A DNA stretch of 38,239 nucleotides from an uncultured Prevotellaceae bacterium (GTDB lineage Bacteria; Bacteroidota; Bacteroidia; Bacteroidales; Bacteroidaceae). The translations under genes and the position numbers were made by a program. Below the pieces are notes generated by a model. The model saw nothing but the letters and a program-made list of their open reading frames with translations, was not told where the DNA came from and searched no databases. Below, one piece after another: positions 9,101 through 16,908 of this stretch; the first letter of the stretch is position 1, and every line of letters begins with the position of its first letter. Where the stretch lies: the NCBI GenBank assembly GCA_902803455.1, contig CADCQC010000083.1:1-38239 (forward strand), read 5' to 3'.

Positions 9101-12100
9101 GTGGCCACACCATCTTCCAGGCCACCAAAGCCCTCAGACATATAACTGCCCGTCACGTTGACCATACCCAAGTCAGAGAGTTGCACATTGAGTGCCCCTT
9201 GTGCAGCCCATCCACCTTCGTTGTTGTACTCTTTGAGTCTCAATTCGTTGACCCACACCTCACCAGATTTGATGTCACCCGAGAGGTTGCGCACACCTAC
9301 GATCATGGTTTTCACCTCACCAAGTGTCGGGTTACCCATGATACTCACCTTATTGGCCGGTTTATCCTCATCATAAGCCGTGAACAGTTGGTTATACGAA
9401 GCCTGTCCCAATGCTTTCCTCAAATTTCGCTCTTTTTTGAGAGAAGTGAAGATACTCAACGGAATGTCGACCATATTTTCCTCTGGCCATACGATGACTT
9501 TGTCGGAGTAAGAGTATTTGTCGTAATGTCCCGGAGGTGTGAGTTTCAGAGGGATCTCATATTCATAATAATTGCTCTTGTAGTCGCTACCCAGACGTAT
9601 GAATACAGCCAGTTGGTTGTCGGTCAGATTGGTGACATTCTCATTCATGGCGTTGGCATGAACAAACATCTGTAAGCGACGATAGTGCCTCAGGTCCTGA
9701 GTAGTGTTTTTATAGACACACTTCGATTCACCTGTGCTCAATTCATTGACCACGATATTGAGCGCCTGTTCGTTATTCTCCACGAGTTGCGGTTGTGTGG
9801 GGTCTTGCACACGCGAGATTCCCGGCGGCAAGATGTAGTTGACAGGCACCTTATCATTGTTTTCCTCAATATTGACGGCACTCACCGACATATATCCAGA
9901 GTTGGAGGCTGTGGTAGACAGGTTCTGGTTGTAGACCCTCCACTCTCCCCGCACTAAGTCGAGGCTACCGAAACGGAGCACGATGGGTTTACTGAAATTG
10001 GTCAGGAACATACGCATGAAACGCACGGAACTGAAGTCGCTGATGGATCCCTCACGTCGTTCGTATCTGTCGAGCGGTATTCTGAACTGATACCAGGTGA
10101 CCTCGTAACGCTCACCGTTGCGAAGCGTACCACTTCCTATGCGGCTGTCAACAATGAAGTTGTGTCCCACCACCATGTCCTCGGGGCGTATGGAGACATG
10201 ATATTGGTAATATTTCTCATACTCATTGAGCGTGTAGTCTTGATTGATATCCTCCACATCAGGAGTGGTTTTATAAGAAGTATCATAGTTTTCAGGCCTC
10301 ATATCAGAGTCGGGAGTATTCCCTTGAGGGTTATTGATCTTCTTATAGCGTTGGAGGATGGAAGCCTGCCGTTCATCAAAATCACTGCCACGGAAATAGT
10401 GATAGTCATCATTGGCCGGGTCAGCCCAGATACTGTCGAACACTTCGGGTGCCACCTTTCCTTGAATCGATGTGAGAAAGTCCTGATAGGAAGTAAACGT
10501 CTGCTCCTCGGTGTCTGTCAGTCCGTTGTATCCCACATCCTGCATGGCTCTGGATCCCGCCGTGGTAGCGAAGGCATAGGTGACGGTCGACTGGGTGGGC
10601 ACCTTACCCCATTGGGTGAAATTATACGCATTGGAACCATCTACAGGCATGCCACTCTCATAGAATTTCTTGCCATCACGCAGGATGTCCTCACTAACCT
10701 CACCGAGATTGATGTAGAAGTCGCCACCATACTCCCCAGCATCAGTCTGCTCATGAGAGTAGATAAACGGGTCGAGCATCCAGAACTCAATGTATTCGAT
10801 ATTTGCAGCCTCAAAATCATTGGTGTCGAGTTTTCTCATCATTCCACCCCATTTGTTCTGCAACTGTTCGAACCGTCCCTGACTGTTGAGGTTGGGATTG
10901 AAATTATAAGGTCCGCGCTCAGCAGGATAGAAGGCGAGGTTGAGAACAGGCAAGGTAGAGGTGGCACCACTATATGAACTTTGGTCACGGTTGGGATAGA
11001 GTTCGCGCACATATACCTCACGCACATAGTGATTAGACAGCTGGTCGAGGTCGCTCTTAATATGTGAAGGTGTGAGTGATGAACTCCTGCGGGTGAACAG
11101 AGGGTCGACATTGTACCAAGCCAACAGACTTCTGTTGTATCCACTTGAGAGCCCAGTCTTGTCTTTGTATTCATCAAACATCGTCGGAACACTGGAAATC
11201 ACCCAAGAGGTAGGAGAAGACACATCGATCGAGTTTTTGGTATTCTCGAAATCATCGAGATAAGAAGCATTGTCCTGTGTGCCACGAGCCTGCCCAGCAA
11301 TCAGATGGGCGAACTCCGCAGTGAGTGAGATTTGTGAGGGCCGCGTGACATGCAAGAATGGTATCATATTGAGCATGTTGGTGAGCCACTGGCTTTCTTT
11401 CTTCCAATTGAGATTCACTCCCCACAACGTATTGTTGAGAGGTTCTGCTCCCATGGCGACCTTGGTGGTGAGCGCCTGCTCAGAGAGATGCCTCAGTGTA
11501 CCGCTCAACTGGAAATTCTTGCTAAAGTCGTACTCCCAGTTGACGCCAAACATGGTCTTTCTTGATTGTCCATAGTCTGTATTGCTCTCCAGCGACACAT
11601 TGATGGCGGTACCAGCGTCAATGATACTTTGATTGAGGATGGTCACCTCACCTGCAGAGTAGTCTACCGTATAGTCAGAACCTTCCGACAGTGTCACGCC
11701 ACCGGCTGTCACGACGACTGATCCCTGAGGCACGTTGGAGGCCCCCAATGAGATCACATTAGCCGAAGTGCCCCTATATTGTCCCATCAAGATATACTTA
11801 TCCTTCTCCGCGATCTGCTTAGCCACCGTCTTGGTGGAGTCATAGAGCTCGGTATAGCTGTATTTTTCTGCCGTTGCCGGTGCTACCCCATTTGAGACAA
11901 GGAAGTTGTAGAGATATTCACCAAAAGGTTCCGCCTTGGGCAGGAAAACTCTTCCGTTGCTGACGGTATACCCTTCAATGAAGTCAAAATAGCCATTGGA
12001 GTGCACTTTATTGTTGTCATCGAGACGATCTGCATCAATATCTTTGATGATGGTCTGACTCTTGACTTGCGGTTCTGGGATATAGGTGAGATAGACACCC

Positions 12101-13869
12101 GCGGTATCACTTTGGAACTTGATATCAAGGCGGAACCTGTCTTTTTGTACCGATGAAGCGAGGTAATATACATTTTTCATCATCAAGTCCCAGTTGCTCT
12201 GCTGCGGATTATTGCTGGTGTTCTTCAGAGACTTGACAATCAGACATTTGTTTACGTCTGTGATATCGCTGGCGAACTCACCCACCTGATAGGTCACGCC
12301 ACCATAATTATATTCAAAAGCGACAGCGAGCACCTGATCGGTCTGGAGGGCTGTCTTGAGAGACACATATCCCATCGGACCGTTAATGGTGTATTCAGAC
12401 GAATTAAGCAACCGCGCGCTCTCGATTTTCTCATAGTCAACACCACCCACCATATGTGGATCGAGCACAGTAGATGTCTGATCGATATCACGGGCTGCGG
12501 CATAAGCCCCCACCATATCCGAATAGAGTGAATTGGCATTGTTGGAAGGCGGCATGGGCGAACCACTTTCGCCCAGTTGTGGAAGAGCAATGATGTTACG
12601 CGTATTGGTGGTGGATCCCGTCTTATTGGTCACCCATATCTCAATACGGTTGATTTCCACACCTGTGGCAGGTGTAGGCAATGTCTTCATCACATCATCG
12701 TATCTGTCACGGAAATATTTAGCGAGGAAGAAGTGGCGGTTTTCCTCATAGTTGGCGGCATCGATCTCAAAGGCAGTGAGTTGTACACCACCTTTTGAAG
12801 AGACGCTTGAAGAGGAAGATTTCTTTTGCGAGATGACGGTCTGCAACTTCAGTTTGCCAAACTGCATGTCAGTGCGCAGTCCGAAGAGAGAACTGGCACC
12901 GGTGATGAGTCTCGAATTGGACGGGAAAGACACATTGCCACCTTCGACGAGTTTGATGATTTCGTCTTCCTTTCCCTCATATTTGAGTTTCAAGCTCTGC
13001 GAATCAAAATTAAAAGTGGCATCCGTGTTGTAGTTGAGATTCATGTTCACCTTGTCACCCACCTTGCCATTCACGCTGAGGTTGATTTTCTCGTCAAAGT
13101 CCATGGTGGTGGTCTTACGGTTTCGGATGGGCAGTGACGGATTGTCAATATTTTTCAACGTAGCGCCAAATTTCAGTTCTGCCGTACCTGAGGTCTTGAT
13201 ACGCACACCACCCGGTCCGAAGATTTTCTCTGCTGGTCCAAGGTCGAAATGCATGTCGGTGAAGTCAAACTTATCTTTGCCCTTATTCTTGACAGCCTCC
13301 TCACTCTTGGACTTGAAAAACTGATACAATGCCTGCCGCTCGCTCCATTTGAAATACTCATCATAATTCATCATCGTTGGAGCCCAGACGTAGGTACCAG
13401 CAATTTTATTGCCGAAGATATAGCGGTCGAGTGTATCATTATAGACCACTGACTGTTTCATGTTCTCTGGCCGTGCGAGGTCGGTGCTGCCTTGCCGCAG
13501 GTCATCGTCGGTGATAGGTTGCGTGCGCTGGATCTTCCACCTTGGATGGAGCAAAGAATCGGGTATCTCCTCATTGGTTTCAAGAATAGGCTGTGCTTTG
13601 ACATCTGTCTTTTTCTTGTCATCGGGAGAGTTTTTGGTGTCATCACCGGCACGCTGTGCGTTGGCGCCGTTCTGCCGTCTGTTGGTTTGCGGTCTGTTGT
13701 CTTGCGGCCTATTGTCCTGCGGTCTGCCGTTTTGAGGTCTGTTGCTCTGCTGTCTGTTGTTTTGTCGTCGTGTGAGGTCATCCTGAGGCACGGATATGGC
13801 ATAGCCCGCCATCACGCTGATGGTGAGCAGAAATAAAAGAAAACCTAAAATCCGTTGTTTGACCTTCAT
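6190..13869 (-). CDS. sprA: Type IX secretion system outer-membrane translocon SprA/Sov
   Basis: 2559 aa with a signal peptide and SprA-typical segments (FDFDEKIN-like MDFDEKINLSVNGKVGDK, YEENRHFFLA, WGGMMRKLD..DFE.ANIEYIEFW, GEVWVNELRL). The C-terminus has a beta-barrel-like pattern, and the gene lies directly downstream of ruvA as commonly seen in Bacteroidota. Confidence 0.95.
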   Translation of the reverse strand: MKVKQRILGFLLFLLTISVMAGYAISVPQDDLTRRQNNRQQSNRPQNGRPQDNRPQDNRPQTNRRQNGANAQRAGDDTKNSPDDKKKTDVKAQPILETNEEIPDSLLHPRWKIQRTQPITDDDLRQGSTDLARPENMKQSVVYNDTLDRYIFGNKIAGTYVWAPTMMNYDEYFKWSERQALYQFFKSKSEEAVKNKGKDKFDFTDMHFDLGPAEKIFGPGGVRIKTSGTAELKFGATLKNIDNPSLPIRNRKTTTMDFDEKINLSVNGKVGDKVNMNLNYNTDATFNFDSQSLKLKYEGKEDEIIKLVEGGNVSFPSNSRLITGASSLFGLRTDMQFGKLKLQTVISQKKSSSSSVSSKGGVQLTAFEIDAANYEENRHFFLAKYFRDRYDDVMKTLPTPATGVEINRIEIWVTNKTGSTTNTRNIIALPQLGESGSPMPPSNNANSLYSDMVGAYAAARDIDQTSTVLDPHMVGGVDYEKIESARLLNSSEYTINGPMGYVSLKTALQTDQVLAVAFEYNYGGVTYQVGEFASDITDVNKCLIVKSLKNTSNNPQQSNWDLMMKNVYYLASSVQKDRFRLDIKFQSDTAGVYLTYIPEPQVKSQTIIKDIDADRLDDNNKVHSNGYFDFIEGYTVSNGRVFLPKAEPFGEYLYNFLVSNGVAPATAEKYSYTELYDSTKTVAKQIAEKDKYILMGQYRGTSANVISLGASNVPQGSVVVTAGGVTLSEGSDYTVDYSAGEVTILNQSIIDAGTAINVSLESNTDYGQSRKTMFGVNWEYDFSKNFQLSGTLRHLSEQALTTKVAMGAEPLNNTLWGVNLNWKKESQWLTNMLNMIPFLHVTRPSQISLTAEFAHLIAGQARGTQDNASYLDDFENTKNSIDVSSPTSWVISSVPTMFDEYKDKTGLSSGYNRSLLAWYNVDPLFTRRSSSLTPSHIKSDLDQLSNHYVREVYVRELYPNRDQSSYSGATSTLPVLNLAFYPAERGPYNFNPNLNSQGRFEQLQNKWGGMMRKLDTNDFEAANIEYIEFWMLDPFIYSHEQTDAGEYGGDFYINLGEVSEDILRDGKKFYESGMPVDGSNAYNFTQWGKVPTQSTVTYAFATTAGSRAMQDVGYNGLTDTEEQTFTSYQDFLTSIQGKVAPEVFDSIWADPANDDYHYFRGSDFDERQASILQRYKKINNPQGNTPDSDMRPENYDTSYKTTPDVEDINQDYTLNEYEKYYQYHVSIRPEDMVVGHNFIVDSRIGSGTLRNGERYEVTWYQFRIPLDRYERREGSISDFSSVRFMRMFLTNFSKPIVLRFGSLDLVRGEWRVYNQNLSTTASNSGYMSVSAVNIEENNDKVPVNYILPPGISRVQDPTQPQLVENNEQALNIVVNELSTGESKCVYKNTTQDLRHYRRLQMFVHANAMNENVTNLTDNQLAVFIRLGSDYKSNYYEYEIPLKLTPPGHYDKYSYSDKVIVWPEENMVDIPLSIFTSLKKERNLRKALGQASYNQLFTAYDEDKPANKVSIMGNPTLGEVKTMIVGVRNLSGDIKSGEVWVNELRLKEYNNEGGWAAQGALNVQLSDLGMVNVTGSYMSEGFGGLEDGVATRSQDDFQNFTLTTNLELGKFFPDKAKVSMPLYYSVTKEKTKPKYNPLDTDMRLDDALESSNEHERESIESIAVTKVTNTNFSLSNMRVGIQTKGHPMPYDPANFSFSYSHLHNHTSGETTVYENEDKWDGSMNYSWTPVFKAWEPFKNLIKSKSKWWEIAKKFGINYLPQNISFNTQITRRYYELQRRDMENLEGAKLPLTFSQQFLWNRKFSLRWDLTKNLHMNFESGTNAEIEEPYTPVNKDLYPDRYEAWKDSVWNSIKHFGDPLKYTQVFSSSYHVPLNLIPIFDWVNADLNYDATYNWDRGTELEDGSTMGNIISNNRTFKVNGTFNLQKLYDHIPFLKKTNERFNKTTSNKTTKKTNSSTAKKTSNKNKGKEEEDGKEADDKQKSKLPKNKNTFEKEITIKADTSIVVTHSKKSRRLLVSAKGKDGKIVPVKFKVVDDNKIKIINKSDSAVTLKLTVSPKQPLEEKSWYKTAQVVARALMMVRNVSISYRNQRAMSLPGFLPNIGATFGQHRGDILSPGLDFAFGLNDESYIDKARDNGWLLNSDRITSAATNFTRDLQLKMTLEPARDLKIDLNASHTQTDARKIQYGYLENSTTRSGQFNMTTISLKSSLEATGNATDGYHSASFERFCNSLEGFRSRVQAQYEGAVYPSNSTVAGEKFDPANGGVGLYSADVMIPAFLSSYTNIGGSSLKLFPAISAMLPNWSIRYSGLSKLSPFKDLFKSVNINHTYKSIFAIGSYASFSTWREYMGDLGFITDATTNMPVPSSMFNISTASINEQFSPLLGVDVTLNNNLTCKLEYRTVREVSLSTTSVQISERTSHDWVVGMGYKINNFRLFGGGGARKVKGNKNSGNKSDEDNSKNTSKNSRAKGGSSFNHDLNLRFDLSYRQQAAITRDIATLISQASSGNNAFKFSFNADYTLSKLMTMSFYYDQQTNTPLLSSNSYPTTTYDFGLSVKFSLTR
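13669..13773 (-). repeat. About 7 imperfect 15-nt tandem repeats encoding (N/G/T)R(P/R/Q)Q(N/D/T/S) pentapeptides in the SprA N-terminus
   Basis: Plus-strand units: gttctgccgtctgtt, ggtttgcggtctgtt, gtcttgcggcctatt, gtcctgcggtctgcc, gttttgaggtctgtt, gctctgctgtctgtt, gttttgtcgtcgtgt. Confidence 0.85.
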
Positions 13870-13926
13870 AAAAAGAATTGCAAGTTGCTTGTAAAATAGA
13901 GAGGCATCGTCCGAATGCCAGTCAGT

Positions 13927-14544
13927 CTATTTAATCTGTTTGAGAGCCAATTTCACCACCTGTTCCACAGGAATGCCTGGCTGCTGCTGCATAATTGCCA
14001 CCACCACCTTAGCTGTAGGTGCTGGTGAAAAGCCAAGCATGGTGAGCGCGGCGATGGCCTCGTCTTTCACATCTTTGTCGATATTATCGGCTGGTGACGC
14101 TACTTGATTTGGAATATCCTGTGCCAAGTCACTATTGGCAATTTTATCTTTCAAGTCGACGATGATGCGCTGTGCGGTCCGCAGACCAATTCCCTTCACG
14201 CCCTTTAATGATCGCTCGTCACCATTGGCAATAGCCCCACACAACTCGGCCGTTGTAAACGAGGAGAGAATCATGCGTGCCGTGTTGGCTCCAACTCCAG
14301 AGACAGAGATCAGATGCCGATATAATTCCCGCTCCTGCTTTGTAGCAAAGCCATAGAGGGTGATGGAGTCATCACGCCCGCCAGTGACGATAGCCTCATC
14401 CACAAAAAGTTTCACTTCTTGTTTGTCTTGGATGGCGGTAAAAGTATTGAGCGAGATATTGAGCGCATAACCCACTCCAGCCGTCTCTATGACAGCCATT
14501 GCTGGGGTGATATCTGTCAATACCCCCCGAATATATTCTATCAT
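13927..14544 (-). CDS. ruvA: Holliday junction branch migration protein RuvA
   Basis: MIEYIRG start, GVGY, LYGF, LISVSGVGANTA and VKGIG..TAQRIIVDLKDK helix-hairpin-helix motifs, and a C-terminal EAIAALTMLGF. Confidence 0.97.
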   Translation of the reverse strand: MIEYIRGVLTDITPAMAVIETAGVGYALNISLNTFTAIQDKQEVKLFVDEAIVTGGRDDSITLYGFATKQERELYRHLISVSGVGANTARMILSSFTTAELCGAIANGDERSLKGVKGIGLRTAQRIIVDLKDKIANSDLAQDIPNQVASPADNIDKDVKDEAIAALTMLGFSPAPTAKVVVAIMQQQPGIPVEQVVKLALKQIK

Positions 14545-14803
14545 TTACAATATAAATTGGTATATATACGATATTATAACGACAAGGACGGCATATTATT
14601 GCCTCCAAGTAGGAAAATTGAACAATCAAGGTTTCATCGGTCATCTAAAACACTGGCATCTCTGTCTGAGGAAACATTATTTATATGATTATATGTAAAA
14701 AGAAGACTTACAAAACAACATGAAGCAGAATAGCCTCCAAAACATTTTTTAATAAAATATGAATTTTTTCCTACTAAATGAAAGCTATTTCAATTAAATG
14801 ATA

Positions 14804-14811
14804 TAATTTTG
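14804..14811 (+). promoter_or_regulatory. Bacteroidota sigma-A -7 box (TAATTTTG) for ddh
   Basis: Matches TAnnTTTG about 35 nt upstream of the ddh ATG in an AT-rich intergenic region. No clear -33 box. Confidence 0.65.
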
Positions 14812-14845
14812 CAACCGAAATTGAAATTTTTAAATTCAAAAAGAT

Positions 14846-15745
14846 ATGAAAAAGATTAGAGCTGCCGTCGTGGGATACGGCAACATCGGCAAATATGCCA
14901 TCCAAGCACTGGAAGCTGCTGACGATTTTGAGATTGCAGGTATCGTACGTCGTAATGGTGCTGCCGACAAGCCCTCCGAACTATCAGACTATGAAGTGGT
15001 GAGCGATATCACCCAATTAAAAGATGTTGATGTGGCCATCCTTGCCACTCCTACCAGAAGTTGCGAGGAATATGCCAAGAAGATACTTCCTTTAGGCATC
15101 AACACCGTTGACAGTTTCGACATCCACACGAGCATTCTCGATTACCGTGCCGCACTGATGCCCATTTGCAAGGCAAACAACAGGGTGTCGGTGATTGCCG
15201 CCGGATGGGATCCGGGCAGCGACAGCATCGTGCGTGCCCTCATGCAGAGTCTTGCCCCTAAAGGATTGTCCTACACCAATTTCGGGCCAGGCATGTCGAT
15301 GGGACATTCCGTATGTGTACGCTCTAAGGCAGGCGTGAAAAACGCACTCTCCATGACCATTCCCAAAGGCGAAGGCATCCATCGCCGCATGGTGTATGTG
15401 GAACTGGAAGAAGGAGCCTCGCTTGAAGAAGTGACCGCCGCTATTAAAGCCGACCCGTATTTTGCCAATGACGAGACACACGTCTTTGCTGTTCCCTCTG
15501 TCGATGATGTGCGTGACATGGGTCATGGTGTCAACCTTGTGAGAAAAGGTGTGAGCGGAAAGACACAAAACCAACGTCTGGAGTTCAACATGAGCATCAA
15601 CAATCCGGCACTCACCGGACAAGTTCTGGTCAATGTTGCCCGTGCCTCCATGCGTATGCAACCAGGATGTTACACCATGATTGAGATACCTGTGATTGAT
15701 ATGTTACCTGGCGACAGAGAGGATCTGATCAGCCATCTGGTATAA
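14846..15745 (+). CDS. ddh: meso-diaminopimelate D-dehydrogenase
   Basis: GYGNIG Rossmann motif, NTVDSFDIH, GWDPG and TNFGPGMSMGHS; 299 aa. Confidence 0.95.
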   Translation: MKKIRAAVVGYGNIGKYAIQALEAADDFEIAGIVRRNGAADKPSELSDYEVVSDITQLKDVDVAILATPTRSCEEYAKKILPLGINTVDSFDIHTSILDYRAALMPICKANNRVSVIAAGWDPGSDSIVRALMQSLAPKGLSYTNFGPGMSMGHSVCVRSKAGVKNALSMTIPKGEGIHRRMVYVELEEGASLEEVTAAIKADPYFANDETHVFAVPSVDDVRDMGHGVNLVRKGVSGKTQNQRLEFNMSINNPALTGQVLVNVARASMRMQPGCYTMIEIPVIDMLPGDREDLISHLV

Positions 15746-15755
15746 TCAACACCCC

Positions 15756-15807
15756 AAAAAAAATTAAAAAAAACAGGTATACCTCCCATAGCGATGGGAG
15801 ATATACC
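15756..15807 (-). terminator. Intrinsic terminator-like hairpin whose U-tract lies on the minus strand
   Basis: The minus strand reads GGTATATCTCCCAT-CGCT-ATGGGAGGTATACC-TG-TTTTTTTT-AA-TTTTTTTT: a 14-bp stem with one G-U pair. Confidence 0.65.
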
Positions 15808-15830
15808 ACTTCTATAAATGACCTAATCCA

Positions 15831-16868
15831 ATGAGGAAACAACTATTTAAGATCTCTATGGTTTTGTTTTGTGCATTAACCTGTTCAACCACAACCATGG
15901 GACAAAAAACAGAGTCTATTGACTGGCTCAAAGAACTAACCGATCGTGTTGAACTCCACGGGTATGCTCAAGGAGGTTATTCTTATGATAACGCCAATGG
16001 CCACACGACCAGCACTTTCAATCTGAAGCGCACCTTGTTTTGGGCTAAGGGACGTATCACCGACCGCTTCTCCTTCATGTTCATGCATGATTTCTCCAGT
16101 GTGGTACAAGAATATTACCTTGACTACCGTATTACAAAAGACAAAGCGCTCAACGTCCGTCTAGGACAGTTCAAACACAGTTACAGTTTGGAGAACCCGC
16201 TCTCACCCACTATGCTCGAACTCATCGATGTATATTCCCAAGCTGTCCTTTTCTTAGCAGGTGAGGGTCCCGATCCGCTCAATGGAGTCAATTATGGACG
16301 TGATCAAGGACTGATGATTTTCGGAGACCTTTTTGATAATCATCTACATTATGAGTTAGCCTTGATGAACGGCCAAGGTATCAACCGCAAAGACGGCAAT
16401 TCAGACAAAGACGTCATCGCAAGACTTGAATACAAACCGATGGAACAACTACGCCTTGTGGCCACTGCCCAAAAAGGTCGTGGGCATGCTGTGGGTACAG
16501 CAGTATGGAACCCCAACATAGCCGTCGGCGACGACTACCGTCGTGACCGTTTCAGCGTCGGTGCCGAATGGAAAAGTCCGGAGTGCAACGTACGAGCAGA
16601 ATATCTGGGTGGTAAAGACGGTGATGTAGGCAGCATGGGCGGCTATATCACAGCGAGTGTCCCTGTAGCTGAAAAACTTGATGTGGTGGCCTCTGCCGAC
16701 TACTTCGACCGCAACACCGACATGAATTGTCACCAGACCTATTTGACGGGTGGCTTGCAATATTGGTTTTTCAAAAAATGCCGGCTACAACTTCAGTACT
16801 CCCGCTGCTTCAGTCATTTCACCAAAGATTATGACTGGCTACAAGCCCAAGTGCAGGTGGCATTCTAA
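15831..16868 (+). CDS. Outer-membrane porin, OprO/OprP-like family
   Basis: Signal peptide, LNVRLGQFK..YSLEN, YGRDQGL, ALMNGQG...D.NSDKD, alternating beta-strand patterns and a terminal Phe (AQVQVAF). Confidence 0.75.
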   Translation: MRKQLFKISMVLFCALTCSTTTMGQKTESIDWLKELTDRVELHGYAQGGYSYDNANGHTTSTFNLKRTLFWAKGRITDRFSFMFMHDFSSVVQEYYLDYRITKDKALNVRLGQFKHSYSLENPLSPTMLELIDVYSQAVLFLAGEGPDPLNGVNYGRDQGLMIFGDLFDNHLHYELALMNGQGINRKDGNSDKDVIARLEYKPMEQLRLVATAQKGRGHAVGTAVWNPNIAVGDDYRRDRFSVGAEWKSPECNVRAEYLGGKDGDVGSMGGYITASVPVAEKLDVVASADYFDRNTDMNCHQTYLTGGLQYWFFKKCRLQLQYSRCFSHFTKDYDWLQAQVQVAF

Positions 16869-16908
16869 TTTATGCAAACAATCAAACTTTCAATAAAAAA
16901 CCAACAGC

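Noticed and set aside
6448-13836. Many plus-strand ORFs of 60-305 aa opposite sprA (e.g. 8758..9675, 10162..10977)
   Set aside because: Antisense shadow ORFs of a long, well-supported gene, with no recognisable motifs.
14545-14800. AT-rich ruvA/ddh intergenic region, checked for a lysine riboswitch or sRNA; small GGCA-N6-TGCC inverted repeat near 14590-14603
   Set aside because: The ddh -7 box is only ~35 nt from the start codon, leaving no room for a riboswitch. I saw no extended structure, and the small repeat is within chance.
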